From assembly GCA_036918135.1 (NCBI GenBank), contig JBALDB010000051.1:1-64000 (forward strand): a stretch of 64,000 nucleotides of DNA, in the 5' to 3' direction. The translations under genes were made by a program, and so were the position numbers. Shown in pieces: positions 21,702 through 32,089 of the stretch. Within the stretch, counting starts at the first letter, position 1; every line of letters starts with the position of its first letter. The notes beneath the pieces are model-generated. The model was not told the DNA's origin. It saw nothing but the letters and a program-made list of their open reading frames with translations, and did no database searches. The DNA is from Nostoc sp. Its GTDB lineage: Bacteria > Cyanobacteriota > Cyanobacteriia > Cyanobacteriales > Nostocaceae.

Positions 21702-23518
21702 CTTAAAAGTTCTCCAGTTTCTTGGAGGGAGTGCAAGCGGCGATAAATACCCTCGTGACGTAAAAGTTCATCGTGGCTACCCACTTCTACAATCCTTCCT
21801 CGATCTAAAACTACAATCTTATCTGCTTCCCGTACTGTACTCAGACGGTGGGCGATGACGATGGTGGTACAAGTACCCTGAATCGATCGCATCGCTAGCT
21901 GAATGGAACGTTCCGATTCATAATCTAAGCTAGAGGTGGCTTCATCAAAAACTAGCACGTCTGGTTTTACTAACAACGCTCTGGCAATTCCCAAACGTTG
22001 TCTTTGTCCACCAGATAAGCGAACACCTCGTTCCCCAACGACGGTGTAATAACCTTGAGGTAAGTGCTGCACCACTTCATCGACTCTGGCAATTCTACAG
22101 GCTTCTTGAACCTCCTCCAAACTAGCATCCGGCTTTCCGTAGGTGAGGTTATCCAATACCGTACCGTTAAAAACGTCTACTTCTTGATGAACGATCGCTA
22201 ATCTTCGTCTATATTTACCTACATCTAAAGTACGAATATCTTGACCATCAATTAAAATTTGACCTGATTGGGGTTCAAAATATCGCAATAGCAACTTCAC
22301 TAAAGTAGACTTTCCAGAACCAGAACGCCCCACCAATGCTACTGTTTGATATGGCTCAATCAACAAGTTAATATCTTGCAAAACTTGACGGTTGGCATGA
22401 TATCCAAAACTCACATGAGTTAATTCAATTTTGCCGCTAAATTTATAAGGTGATTCTGTCTGCTTGCTCTCTTCTAAAAGACTAGCCGAATCAGACGCAG
22501 TTGGCTCTTGCAGAAATTCGTGAAACCGCAGCATGGAAGAATAACGACGGGCAAAAACTTCTGCTAAAGCGCTAATAGGCTCTAATTCCGCATATGCCAT
22601 GCTAGAAAGAGTTAAGGTCATGATAAAGTGACCGAGAGAAATTCTCCCGTCTAGTGTTGCCGCTAAAGTCAAACCCAAAATTGTAAATACACAAAACTGA
22701 ATTACAGTTGCTTGCCAAGTATTTAATTTTACATAACCTTTATGGATGCGATAATCAAGCACTATTAGTTCGCGATCTAAACGTTGTTCTTGGTGCTTAA
22801 GTTCCCTAGCTTCTGTAGCAAATGCTTTCACAGTTTTGATATTAGTGATCAATTCGGAAGTGCGGCTTTCAGTGTTCTCTGAATATTTATCCAGACGACT
22901 TTCGTACCTAATCAATTGCTGTAAATTTTTCAACGTTAAGCTGAGAATAATTACAAAAGAAATTAGATATAAAATCGCAATTCGCCACTCAATCGCCAAA
23001 ATAAATACAAAAATTCCTAGTAGACGAATTAGTTTAGGAATTAACTGTCCGGCGATTTCAGGATACGCCCAAGTGTGGTTAAGAACACCTCTAGATACTC
23101 TGCCTGCGATGCGTCCGGGGTTATTTTCATCATAAAATTCCAGTGGGAGAGTAAGAACTTTAGCAATGGCTGCTTGATTTTTTTCTCGACGCGACCTAAA
23201 AGCTATATCCCAGTGAAACCAAACAGTCAACCAGGGCTGTGTTGGCGCTTTCACTACAGTTACAAGGAAAATTAAACCCAGTAACACCCCCAAAGATAAA
23301 GTTTTATTAACTGGGTAATTGGTGATGTCAGAAAAAATTGCGATCGCACTTTCAAGTGGTTTATCCAAGGGTTGATTGGACAAAACATTTAAAATCTGCC
23401 CAATCGCATAAGGTACAACTAAATCAATAACTTCGTAAATGCTAGATGCTGTAATACTGAAAATACTCAACTTCCAGTTAGCATGAAAGTAATTGACAAT
23501 ATCTCGAAATGTCGCCAT
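21698..23518 (-). CDS. ABC transporter, fused permease/ATP-binding (MsbA/MdlB-like)
   Basis: TM domain plus GRSGSGKST, LSGGQ, VFDEATSSLD. Confidence 0.92.
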   Translation of the reverse strand: MATFRDIVNYFHANWKLSIFSITASSIYEVIDLVVPYAIGQILNVLSNQPLDKPLESAIAIFSDITNYPVNKTLSLGVLLGLIFLVTVVKAPTQPWLTVWFHWDIAFRSRREKNQAAIAKVLTLPLEFYDENNPGRIAGRVSRGVLNHTWAYPEIAGQLIPKLIRLLGIFVFILAIEWRIAILYLISFVIILSLTLKNLQQLIRYESRLDKYSENTESRTSELITNIKTVKAFATEARELKHQEQRLDRELIVLDYRIHKGYVKLNTWQATVIQFCVFTILGLTLAATLDGRISLGHFIMTLTLSSMAYAELEPISALAEVFARRYSSMLRFHEFLQEPTASDSASLLEESKQTESPYKFSGKIELTHVSFGYHANRQVLQDINLLIEPYQTVALVGRSGSGKSTLVKLLLRYFEPQSGQILIDGQDIRTLDVGKYRRRLAIVHQEVDVFNGTVLDNLTYGKPDASLEEVQEACRIARVDEVVQHLPQGYYTVVGERGVRLSGGQRQRLGIARALLVKPDVLVFDEATSSLDYESERSIQLAMRSIQGTCTTIVIAHRLSTVREADKIVVLDRGRIVEVGSHDELLRHEGIYRRLHSLQETGELLS

Positions 23519-23630
23519 AATGCACACCTTCCAAGAGCGCGATCGTTAACTTGGAACTTATAAACTACAAGTATACTACAAAATTTTCAACGGTTAAAAT
23601 TTGAAATCACTCCTTTGAATTAGTTGGCTT

Positions 23631-24407
23631 TTATGCAGGGACAAATTTTAGGTGATAGCGATAAACAGCAACTGGCCGAGAACCTGCGGTAAAGTAATTT
23701 GGATCTTGCGGTGAAAGATAAACAGCAGTCACTTGGTCTGCTTCAATTGTTGGATTATATAAAGGAAGTTTGTGGTAAGCCGTGGTAGATTCTACAGAGT
23801 TTAAATAGGGGCGAGAATTGCCTTTAAATAGTTGTTGAAATACCTCTGTAGTAATGAACTTGCCATCAGGAGTAGTTTCTGTAGCCCGTGCAGTCACAAT
23901 AGAAACTAGTTGGTGACTACTACGCAAAAATGTAATTTGACGATTAGGTGAATCTGGATCTACTTTAACTGCTAACACCGCTTCCTTTCCTAAAGAAGCC
24001 TGTGCCAAATTCAAACTATTAAATGCTCTATCTGCTACTAAAATTGATGATTTTTTATCTATCCAAGGGAATATTTTTAACCGAGTGAGATGTGGTTGCT
24101 CTTTTACAAATCTTACTAGAAAACTCACAGGTTGATTTAATTGTCGGCGGTTACCTTCAAACCCTGGCGTAACGATATCTGGTGCCAAAGGCGCAACCAA
24201 ATCTACCAACGTACTTGTCACTTGCCAAGTACCAGCCATCCATTCGGGGTAAACTAAATCACCCGAAGCTGGTTGCACCGAAGTTAATTTTTCCCACTGA
24301 GGAAAATTAGCTAAGTGTTGAGATAACTCTCCAGCAATAGCCTCACCACTCCCCAAAAGGAATAAAATCAGTAAGCAAAAACTAAAAAAACCCTTAACTA
24401 TAAGCAT
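23631..24407 (-). CDS. Secreted conserved cyanobacterial protein (DUF6816-like)
   Basis: Signal peptide; DLVYPEWMAGTW, DRAFN, PVAVYRY motifs. Confidence 0.65.
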   Translation of the reverse strand: MLIVKGFFSFCLLILFLLGSGEAIAGELSQHLANFPQWEKLTSVQPASGDLVYPEWMAGTWQVTSTLVDLVAPLAPDIVTPGFEGNRRQLNQPVSFLVRFVKEQPHLTRLKIFPWIDKKSSILVADRAFNSLNLAQASLGKEAVLAVKVDPDSPNRQITFLRSSHQLVSIVTARATETTPDGKFITTEVFQQLFKGNSRPYLNSVESTTAYHKLPLYNPTIEADQVTAVYLSPQDPNYFTAGSRPVAVYRYHLKFVPA

Positions 24408-24623
24408 GAGCAGTTTTATATTAAACGTTCATTATTGATTGAAGAAAAATTAATCTATGGGATAATAAAGCACTTAAGATATTGCATATTATCTAAATAG
24501 TGAATATGGTCTAATCATTAACCTTATACAGTTTCCAAAAATCTTTACAACAAAATAAATTTGCTGTAGAGTCCTACACCTATACGCCCCTACCAACATA
24601 TAATCTTAAATTCTGGTACAAGC

Positions 24624-24962
24624 ATGACATTGGCACTAGGCATGATTGAAGTTTACGGCGTTCCCACAGCAGTGGAAGCGGGAGATGCTATGTGTAAAGC
24701 TGCCCGTGTCACTCTTGTTGGTTATGAAAATACTGATTTGGGACGAATTACTGTATTAATTCGAGGGGTTGTAGGCGAGGTGAATGTAGCAATAACAGCA
24801 GGACTAAAGGCAGCGTTGCGAGTAAACGGTGGTGAGGTGCTTTCTCATCATATTATTCCCCGCCCTCACGAAAATCTAGAATATGTTTTACCAATTTATC
24901 ACAGCATTAACGTTGAACAATTCAGTGCAGATATCCGATTTCCTCCGCCGCTATCTGTTTAA
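24624..24962 (+). CDS. ccmK: Carboxysome BMC-H shell protein, satellite CcmK paralogue (possibly CcmK6)
   Basis: ALGMIEV...DAMCKAARVTLVGYE...RVNGGEVLS.HIIPRPHENLEYVLPI. Confidence 0.88.
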   Translation: MTLALGMIEVYGVPTAVEAGDAMCKAARVTLVGYENTDLGRITVLIRGVVGEVNVAITAGLKAALRVNGGEVLSHHIIPRPHENLEYVLPIYHSINVEQFSADIRFPPPLSV

Positions 24963-24967
24963 ATAAA

Positions 24968-25372
24968 TTAAATTTCTGCTGGTAAAGGTTGCCAAATTTC
25001 CCCATACTTTTCTTTTAAAGTCTGCCAATTTTCTACTTGACCTGGTTCATATTCTCCTGGCTTACCCCATTGTAAAAATAGGCTTAAAGCAGGCTCTTGT
25101 TTATCATCTAAAAACCGAATTGCATAGGTTGTAAAATTACCTCTTTTTGCTTCACCCGTTTCAAATTTAACTTGAGTAATTTTGTCCATATTCAAGTGAA
25201 ATTCAAAGCCTTCAGTGTGCATATTTGCATATTTTCCTTTGGGTAATTCTGCATAAAATAGCTTTTCTAACTTACCCCTTGCTTCTAAAACAGCAGCACT
25301 ACTAGTAACAATTAAACGCAAAGTTCCAAGATTTTCACAAGCTGCTAAAAATTCTTTTAATGTTGTGGTCAT
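24968..25372 (-). CDS. ChuX/HutX-family heme-utilization carrier-like protein
   Basis: LGTLRLIV...AVLE, FEFHLN, YAIRF pattern. Confidence 0.7.
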   Translation of the reverse strand: MTTTLKEFLAACENLGTLRLIVTSSAAVLEARGKLEKLFYAELPKGKYANMHTEGFEFHLNMDKITQVKFETGEAKRGNFTTYAIRFLDDKQEPALSLFLQWGKPGEYEPGQVENWQTLKEKYGEIWQPLPAEI

Positions 25373-25449
25373 TTGTTATTTGTCCTTTGTCATTAGTCAT
25401 TAGTCATTTGTCATTGGATACTGGTTATTTCTTCCCGATTCTCTAATCC

Positions 25450-26403
25450 TTATTTTTCATATTGTTCGTAAGCAGCCACAATTCGCTGAACTAAAGGATG
25501 GCGAACGACATCTTTTTGGGAAAATTCACAAAAGGCAATGCCTTCAACATGTTTTAAAATTTGCAACGCTATTGTTAAACCTGATGGTTGGTTGAGTGGT
25601 AAGTCAGTTTGGGTAATATCACCTGTAATTACCATTTTGGAACGGAAGCCTAAACGAGTCAAAACCATTTTCATCTGACCCGGTGTAGTATTTTGGGCTT
25701 CATCTACAATTACAAAGGCGTTATTGAGAGTACGTCCTCGCATATAAGCGAGTGGTGCAACTTCAATCACACCGCGTTCGATTAAATTGGGTATTTTTTC
25801 GGGGTCTATAAATTCATAAATAGCATCATAAAGTGGGCGGAGGTAGGGGTTGACTTTCTGCTGCAAGTCTCCAGGTAAAAAGCCGAGTCGTTCGCCAGCT
25901 TCTACGGCAGGGCGAGTTAAAATGAGTTTTTCAAACTGGTTAGCTAGGAGTGCTTGAACGGCAACAATTACAGCGAGATAAGTTTTGCCAGTACCAGCAG
26001 GCCCAACGCCGAAGATGAGGTCACGCCTGCGTATTGCGTCGATGTACTGACGTTGGCGAAAGGTTTTAGCCCGAACTTCTTCGCCTCGGCGACTTTTGGC
26101 GAGGACATCTCGCTGTAAATCTTGCAGTTCTCCTTGCCGATCGCTATCCAAAGCTTGACGAGCTGTTAAAATATCGGCACTGGAAATAGTATTGCCTTTA
26201 GTCCAGAGTTCTTCAAGCGATCGCACTAATTTACTAGCCAGATCGATTTGCTTATCTGTACCAGAAATTAGTAATTCTTGCCCGCGCAGTACCAAGTTAG
26301 CTCCTGTTTGCCGAGATAGGTATTTAAGATTTTCTTCTCCATCTCCTGCTAGAGCGATCGCACTCGGAATATTCGGCAACTGAATTGTTAAAGCACCTAC
26401 CAT
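25450..26403 (-). CDS. phoH: PhoH-family ATPase
   Basis: GPAGTGKT, RPAVEAGERLGFLPG, YMRGRTL, DEAQN; start taken at 26403 because the upstream extension is STRR-derived. Confidence 0.93.
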   Translation of the reverse strand: MVGALTIQLPNIPSAIALAGDGEENLKYLSRQTGANLVLRGQELLISGTDKQIDLASKLVRSLEELWTKGNTISSADILTARQALDSDRQGELQDLQRDVLAKSRRGEEVRAKTFRQRQYIDAIRRRDLIFGVGPAGTGKTYLAVIVAVQALLANQFEKLILTRPAVEAGERLGFLPGDLQQKVNPYLRPLYDAIYEFIDPEKIPNLIERGVIEVAPLAYMRGRTLNNAFVIVDEAQNTTPGQMKMVLTRLGFRSKMVITGDITQTDLPLNQPSGLTIALQILKHVEGIAFCEFSQKDVVRHPLVQRIVAAYEQYEK

Positions 26404-26830
26404 AGTAATTTTAGATTTTGGTCGCACCTTTAGTGCGTTGAGAGCAAAATTTAGATTTTGAATTTTGGAATTGTTTTTTTAGTACCCTTACTTTTAAAGC
26501 TTGCAACATACCCTAACCCTTGTGTATGGAATAAATCTTTATTACAACACTCATACCTCTATAAAATGAGCAAGCTAAGCGTAGCTTGTCGCAGACAGTA
26601 CTCGGCTTAGCTAGGCTTAGCAAATTAAAATTCTTAAGCTGCAATCCAAGAATGGGTACAGTCAATTTAAAAAACGCTCACTAACACGGCAAATCGCTAC
26701 TCTATAACAAATCTCAAATCCAAAACTGATTGACATTCAGAACATATCACCCACTTTCAAAAATATGGGATTGGTGAAGAGGCTCAAAAAAGACATAAAA
26801 ATCTTTGTGCCACTTTTCCATTTTCACAAT

Positions 26831-26864
26831 AATCCGAGCGGAGTTAACCACAACCGCTCAGATT
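26831..26864 (-). terminator. Stem-loop after khpA
   Basis: AATCTGAGCGG...CCGCTCGGATT on the minus strand. Confidence 0.5.
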
Positions 26865-26878
26865 TCTTTAGTTTTAAT

Positions 26879-27313
26879 TTAGCGAATGCGGGGTTTAACA
26901 ATGGGTTTAGGCCCATTTATTCGCGGTTCTCTTGTTTTTGGCGGTGGCGGCGATCGGTCTTCTGTATCTTCATCAAAAGACATACCCTCCCGTCCTGGGG
27001 TAGTGCTGCCATAGATATCCAGATATACTGATTGCCCAACTGCGGCGGCAGCAGCAGCAATTACTGTACGAATCGCCTGAATATTGCGTCCTCCTCGACC
27101 AAACACTTTTCCTTTATCCGTGCTTTCAAAGGCGATGCGAATCCAAACCCGATTCAGGGTATGAGAAATTTCACTATCGACGCTTAAAGTCTCTGGAGAT
27201 TCTAAAAACGGCTGCACCAAAAATTTAACCAGCCCAACATAATTGGGACTAGCTATTGGAGATTTTTTTGTGAAATTATGATGAGGCTGTGGCACTGACC
27301 TGTTCAAAAACAT
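26879..27313 (-). CDS. khpA: KH-domain RNA-binding protein (KhpA)
   Basis: [19 protein letters not shown]; conserved position after rpsP. Confidence 0.85.
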   Translation of the reverse strand: MFLNRSVPQPHHNFTKKSPIASPNYVGLVKFLVQPFLESPETLSVDSEISHTLNRVWIRIAFESTDKGKVFGRGGRNIQAIRTVIAAAAAAVGQSVYLDIYGSTTPGREGMSFDEDTEDRSPPPPKTREPRINGPKPIVKPRIR

Positions 27314-27536
27314 TGGCTTTTACTAAGATGCGACGTACTGTGTCAGTGGGTTGAGCGCCTTGTTGTAGTCGCTTGACGATGCCGGGAACATCTAGTCGCA
27401 CTTCATCGGTTCTGGGGTTGTAGAATCCCAATTCTTCTAGGGGACGACCATCGCGACGAGCGAGGTTGTTAATCGCGACAATGCGGTAACTTGCTTCCCG
27501 TTTTTTACCGTATCGCTTCAAGCGCAGTTTGATCAT
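27276..27536 (-). CDS. rpsP: 30S ribosomal protein S16
   Basis: [12 protein letters not shown]...[15 protein letters not shown]...GAQPTDTV. Confidence 0.97.
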   Translation of the reverse strand: MIKLRLKRYGKKREASYRIVAINNLARRDGRPLEELGFYNPRTDEVRLDVPGIVKRLQQGAQPTDTVRRILVKANVFEQVSATASS

Positions 27537-27681
27537 GGCTGAAGAATCATTCTCCTGTTGGTTAAGTATGCCGAAATGCTAATTCTAGCACTCGTCTAGT
27601 GTTTGCTGCTATTTGTTATTAGTCATTAGTCATTGGTCATTTGTTTTTCTTTGCGTAAGAGCATCTCCCCATCTCCAATGC

Positions 27682-29145
27682 CTAAAGATTACCGAATCCT
27701 TTTTTCTTTTTATCTTTCTTTTTCTTCTTCGTAGCTGGGGCGCCACCATTGTAACCCCGCCATCCGGGGGCAGGGGGACGATTGCCTCCACCTGCGAAGG
27801 CGTTGCCCATCCCACCGCCGCCAAACATTCCTGGCATCCCAGGGAAGCCTCCTTGACCCATTTGCTGCATGAGCGATCGCATTTTTTGGAAGTCGGCTAC
27901 CAGTTTACTCACGTCGGCTTCTTTGTAGCCTGAACCAGTAGCAATCCGTCGCCGCCGACTGGGAGAACTGGCTAATAAATCGGGGTCGTGGCGTTCTTGG
28001 CGGGTCATGGAGTTAATCATCGCTTCACAGCGTTTGAGTTGGGTTTCTCCATGTTTTAGCTGGTCGTCTGATAGCTTGTTCATCCCTGGAATCATCTTCA
28101 TGATCCCTCCCAGCGAACCCATGTTTTTCAACAAACGTAGTTGTTTGAGAAAGTCGGTAAAATCGAACTTTGCCGTCAGGATTTTCTCCTGCATTTTCTC
28201 GGCATCTGCTAAATCAATTTCTTCCTGGGCTTTTTCGACTAAGGTTAATACATCACCCATTCCCAGAATCCGCGATGCCATGCGATCGGGATAAAACGGT
28301 TGCAATGCCTCGACTTTTTCACCGACGCCCACAAACTTGATTGGCGCTCCGGAAATTTGTCGTACTGAGAGCGCTGCACCACCCCGGCTATCGCCATCCA
28401 ACTTGGTGAGAATCGCTCCAGTAATCCCAATTTGCTCGTGGAACGTGCGCGTCAAATTAGCTGCCTCTTGACCAGTCATGGCGTCCACCACCAACAGAGT
28501 TTCCTCAGGTTGGACAGTTTCTTTGATCCGAGCTAATTCCGCCATCATGTCTTCGTCAATTTGCAGACGCCCAGCGGTATCAATAATAACTGTATTTACA
28601 CCTTCTGCTCTGCCGCGTTCTACGCCTTGCCGCGCGATTTCTACAGGGTCAGCATCGCTTCCGAGTTCAAAAACTGGTACGTCAATTTGCTTACCCAGCG
28701 TCACCAGCTGGTCGATCGCTGCTGGGCGATACACGTCTGTTGCCACCAACAAGCAACTACGGTCTAATTTTCTCAGATGTAAAGCTAACTTCGCAGTAGC
28801 GGTGGTTTTACCAGTACCTTGTAACCCAGCCATTAGCACAATGGTAGGTTGCTCTTGGGCTTCTACTAAAGGAACATTCTCATCCCCCATTACCTCCACT
28901 AGCTCATCATGAACAATTTTGATGAACTGTTGGTCAGGTCGCACGCCGGAGATTACCTCGGCTCCCTGTGCCTTGGTTTCGACTTCGCTAATAAAATCTT
29001 TGACTACCTGGAGATTAACATCTGCTTCCAACAAGGCGCGGCGTACTTCTCGCAAAGCGTCTTGAATGTTGGCTTGAGAAATCTTGTCCTGTCCCCGCAG
29101 TTTTTTCCAGGCGGCTTCTAAACGGTCAGATAGAGCATCAAACAT
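27682..29145 (-). CDS. ffh: Signal recognition particle protein Ffh
   Basis: GLQGTGKTT, DTAGR, TKLDGDSRGG, M domain. Confidence 0.97.
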   Translation of the reverse strand: MFDALSDRLEAAWKKLRGQDKISQANIQDALREVRRALLEADVNLQVVKDFISEVETKAQGAEVISGVRPDQQFIKIVHDELVEVMGDENVPLVEAQEQPTIVLMAGLQGTGKTTATAKLALHLRKLDRSCLLVATDVYRPAAIDQLVTLGKQIDVPVFELGSDADPVEIARQGVERGRAEGVNTVIIDTAGRLQIDEDMMAELARIKETVQPEETLLVVDAMTGQEAANLTRTFHEQIGITGAILTKLDGDSRGGAALSVRQISGAPIKFVGVGEKVEALQPFYPDRMASRILGMGDVLTLVEKAQEEIDLADAEKMQEKILTAKFDFTDFLKQLRLLKNMGSLGGIMKMIPGMNKLSDDQLKHGETQLKRCEAMINSMTRQERHDPDLLASSPSRRRRIATGSGYKEADVSKLVADFQKMRSLMQQMGQGGFPGMPGMFGGGGMGNAFAGGGNRPPAPGWRGYNGGAPATKKKKKDKKKKGFGNL

Positions 29146-29337
29146 AATGTAATTACGGGTAGTTCGCCAGTAAGGAATTCTGAACCACCCCTAAATGCGA
29201 TTCAGAGTTTCCAGTAAAATTTCAACGTGCTATCTACCAGCTTAGTAGTTTTCACCTCGACTGTAGCAACTAGATACCTACGTTTATTGAATTGACATCT
29301 AAAAACCAGCAACTTACAAAATACTCAAAAAATAGCT

Positions 29338-29967
29338 ATGACTAGCAACACTCTGATTCAACCCACAGAAATTATCCACTTATCAGGTATCAGTTGGCAA
29401 ACCTATGAAAACTTGCTAACTGAACTTAGTGCTAATCGCCGCCTCCGGCTTACTTATAATCGAGGTACTCTAGAAATCATGGTTCCTTCACCTGAACACG
29501 AACGATACAAAAGAATTGTGGGTAGATTTGTCGAAACTCTCGCAGAAGAGCTAGATGTTAGAATTGACTGCCTTGGCTCTACCACTTTCAAGCGTCCAGA
29601 ACTCAGTGGTGCAGAACCAGATGAATGCTTTTACATTGAAAATATTAATGTCATAATAGGCAAAAAAAGAATAGATTTAGCGCAAGACCCGCCACCAGAT
29701 TTAGTAATAGAAATTGATATTACAAGCAGCTCTCAAAATCGCTTTCAAGTCTATGCTGACATGGGTGTGCCTGAAATCTGGCGATATGATGGTAAAGATT
29801 TTAGTATTAATGTTTTACAAAATCAGAAATATATATCTGTTGAACAGAGTTTAGCATTTCCAAATCTGCCACTAATAGAGATTTCTAATTTTTTAGAGCA
29901 GGTGGGAGAAAAAGATTATTTGGAATTAGTTAAAGAATTTCGCCAATGGGTTAAAAACAAAATTTAA
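29338..29967 (+). CDS. Uma2-family endonuclease
   Basis: ISWQTYE, LEIMVPSPEHE, EPDECFY, PDLVIEIDITS. Confidence 0.9.
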   Translation: MTSNTLIQPTEIIHLSGISWQTYENLLTELSANRRLRLTYNRGTLEIMVPSPEHERYKRIVGRFVETLAEELDVRIDCLGSTTFKRPELSGAEPDECFYIENINVIIGKKRIDLAQDPPPDLVIEIDITSSSQNRFQVYADMGVPEIWRYDGKDFSINVLQNQKYISVEQSLAFPNLPLIEISNFLEQVGEKDYLELVKEFRQWVKNKI

Positions 29968-30009
29968 TATCAAAATAGCAAATTAATTTAGATAGCTATA
30001 GAAGAACAT

Positions 30010-30654
30010 ATGTCACGGCGAATCAAAGTATACTCATACTCTATATACCATTCAGCGAATTCATACATTGGGATCATTCTTGCCCAAAGAGCGTTGCAGG
30101 GGTTACCTGTTGATATTGAACGACGACCGATTTACATTCCTAAGGAGCGAGGTATTAAGGTAGCCGATCTCCAAGGAGGAAGTGAAAGTGCAGTCGTATC
30201 GTTGTATCACAAAGAAGATTGTCTGCGGTGGGCGAAAAAGTACGGTATTGAAATTCGACTCAAGGAGCTTGAGGAATTTCGTAGCTGGGTAAAGCGCTGG
30301 CAGGAAATGAAATTTGGTCGGGAAGAACTTCCCGCTAGAGCATATTATGCTGCTTGTGGAAGCGGGAAGGAGCATCTTCTAGATACTGCTTTTTTTGGAG
30401 CCAGCTATATTGACTTACTTGATGTGAATGATGAGTCTGTGATTAGAAAAGTTGCTAATGATGTTGGGTTAAATGGCGATCGCATTCTAGAATTAGCCCA
30501 CGGCGAAGCAGCGGGACTTGCCGCAGTGGAAGCTTTGGCAGAATACGAACAATTTGCCTGTCCCGGTGTACCAACTTGGGTAGTGGAAGGCGAAAGATTT
30601 TGGGGTAAGGATCGTGTTGATTGGCTGGCTGAAAAGGTAAAGCAATTATCCTAA
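30010..30654 (+). CDS. DsbA-like / HCCA isomerase (kappa-class GST) family protein
   Basis: C-terminal GVPTWVVEGERFWGKDRVDWL; N-terminal SANSY in place of SPYSY. Confidence 0.75.
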   Translation: MSRRIKVYSYSIYHSANSYIGIILAQRALQGLPVDIERRPIYIPKERGIKVADLQGGSESAVVSLYHKEDCLRWAKKYGIEIRLKELEEFRSWVKRWQEMKFGREELPARAYYAACGSGKEHLLDTAFFGASYIDLLDVNDESVIRKVANDVGLNGDRILELAHGEAAGLAAVEALAEYEQFACPGVPTWVVEGERFWGKDRVDWLAEKVKQLS

Positions 30655-31324
30655 TTGTTCTTAGAGCTAACTTGAAAATAACCACTGGGGACTGGAAACT
30701 CTTTTAAGGATAGGTTTTTTAGAATCTCAAAAATAGATTTGTAAGTTGGGTTAAGGCACATAGACGCTTGAAGGGCAGTTTCTAGTAGGTAACCCGACCT
30801 CTAAAAAAATGGCGAAGGTATTGTGTTTTAAGGACATAAATGTTTTATTTTTGCTTATTTATATAATACAAATTTACTATTTTAAGAATAAATAAGGACT
30901 TCTCAAGAATAAGTTACTCAATAAAAATTAATAGTATAGACTTAAACAATTTGGTAAATGTTCTTGTACCTAATAACGACTTATTGCTGGATAATTATCC
31001 ACACAAGTCAGACCAATACTTAATTGTTTAATTTTTTTATCAATAATATATCTATCTTATCCTCACGCGTTTTTCTCACTTTCAGCAGAGAATAATCTAG
31101 AACCTTGGTTATTTGGTAATTTTGCAATAAAGGAGCTTAATTGACAAGAATTTGAGGAATTATTTTTTAGTGACATAAATAGTTTCTTTTTAGTTGATAA
31201 ATAATTTTAAATCATGAGTTTACAATTTTATTTTTATTCTAAAATCAAAATCACTTGAGCAGAAATACTGTTCAAGCTTGCCAAAAAATACAAAAAACAC
31301 AGTTAGCCAATTGTAGGAATCAAA

Positions 31325-31606
31325 ATGGAAACAGATAACAGAAAGTCCAACAATCAAATCAAAATTCATGATTTGATTGACGAAGCTGTAAACAATGCAT
31401 TAGCACGTAGAAACCACATTATGGATGTAAATGAGGGTTTCTCAGATTTATCTAATGAAGAAGCTGGAAATATTGTAGGAGGACTGAGTACACCTACGCT
31501 CGCAGGTAAACCTACAATTGCAGGTTTTAAACCTATTTGCCCTCCAATAATCGTAGGACTGATTGCAATAGATCCCAAGCCATTAAACAAGGCATTAGAA
31601 GCTTAG
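31325..31606 (+). CDS. Putative RiPP precursor with double-glycine leader and P-x-x-x-G repeat core
   Basis: Leader ends DLSNEEAGNIVGG; 40-aa core LSTPTLAGKPTIAGFKPICPPIIVGLIAIDPKPLNKALEA; AGGA RBS. Confidence 0.7.
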   Translation: METDNRKSNNQIKIHDLIDEAVNNALARRNHIMDVNEGFSDLSNEEAGNIVGGLSTPTLAGKPTIAGFKPICPPIIVGLIAIDPKPLNKALEA

Positions 31607-31644
31607 TCTTTGAGTCAAAATTATCTTTGCTAAAGCTTTAAATC

Positions 31645-32079
31645 ATGGAAACTTCTGCCGGTCGGACTACACTTTGTCCCAGTGCTAGACCAGAACTAGC
31701 AAACAGCGTAGTCTTTGGTTTAGTTGGTGGCATGACCCAAGCGCGTGTAACTTATCTCAAACAGCCACTACCTGTTACAGATGAACTCTTAGCAAAAGCT
31801 AGTCCAGTTACACCTACTGAAATTTTTCGCACTGCTGCACCTTGTGCATTAAACAAATGTCAGCATTTTGATGGTCAAGATTGTCGTCTAGCGACGAGAG
31901 TTGCAGAAAAGTTGCCTGCTGTAGTAGCAGAACTTCCTCCTTGTTCTATACGTAGAGACTGCCGTTGGTGGCAGCAAGAAGGCAAAGCAGCTTGTCTGCG
32001 TTGTCCGCAAATCATAACTGACAATTACAATCCATCTGGGCTAATGCATGAAGTTGCTCTATCTGAAGTAATTACTTAA
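31645..32079 (+). CDS. 8-Cys small protein of unknown function (putative metal-binding RiPP accessory protein or maturase)
   Basis: CPSA; C-x4-C-x-H-x5-C; C-x5-C-x10-C-x2-CP; lies between two precursors. Confidence 0.75.
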   Translation: METSAGRTTLCPSARPELANSVVFGLVGGMTQARVTYLKQPLPVTDELLAKASPVTPTEIFRTAAPCALNKCQHFDGQDCRLATRVAEKLPAVVAELPPCSIRRDCRWWQQEGKAACLRCPQIITDNYNPSGLMHEVALSEVIT

Positions 32080-32089
32080 GGAGACAATT

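Noticed and set aside
21698..23518. ABC transporter as the RiPP exporter
   Set aside because: No N-terminal C39 peptidase domain, and 8 kb away across housekeeping genes
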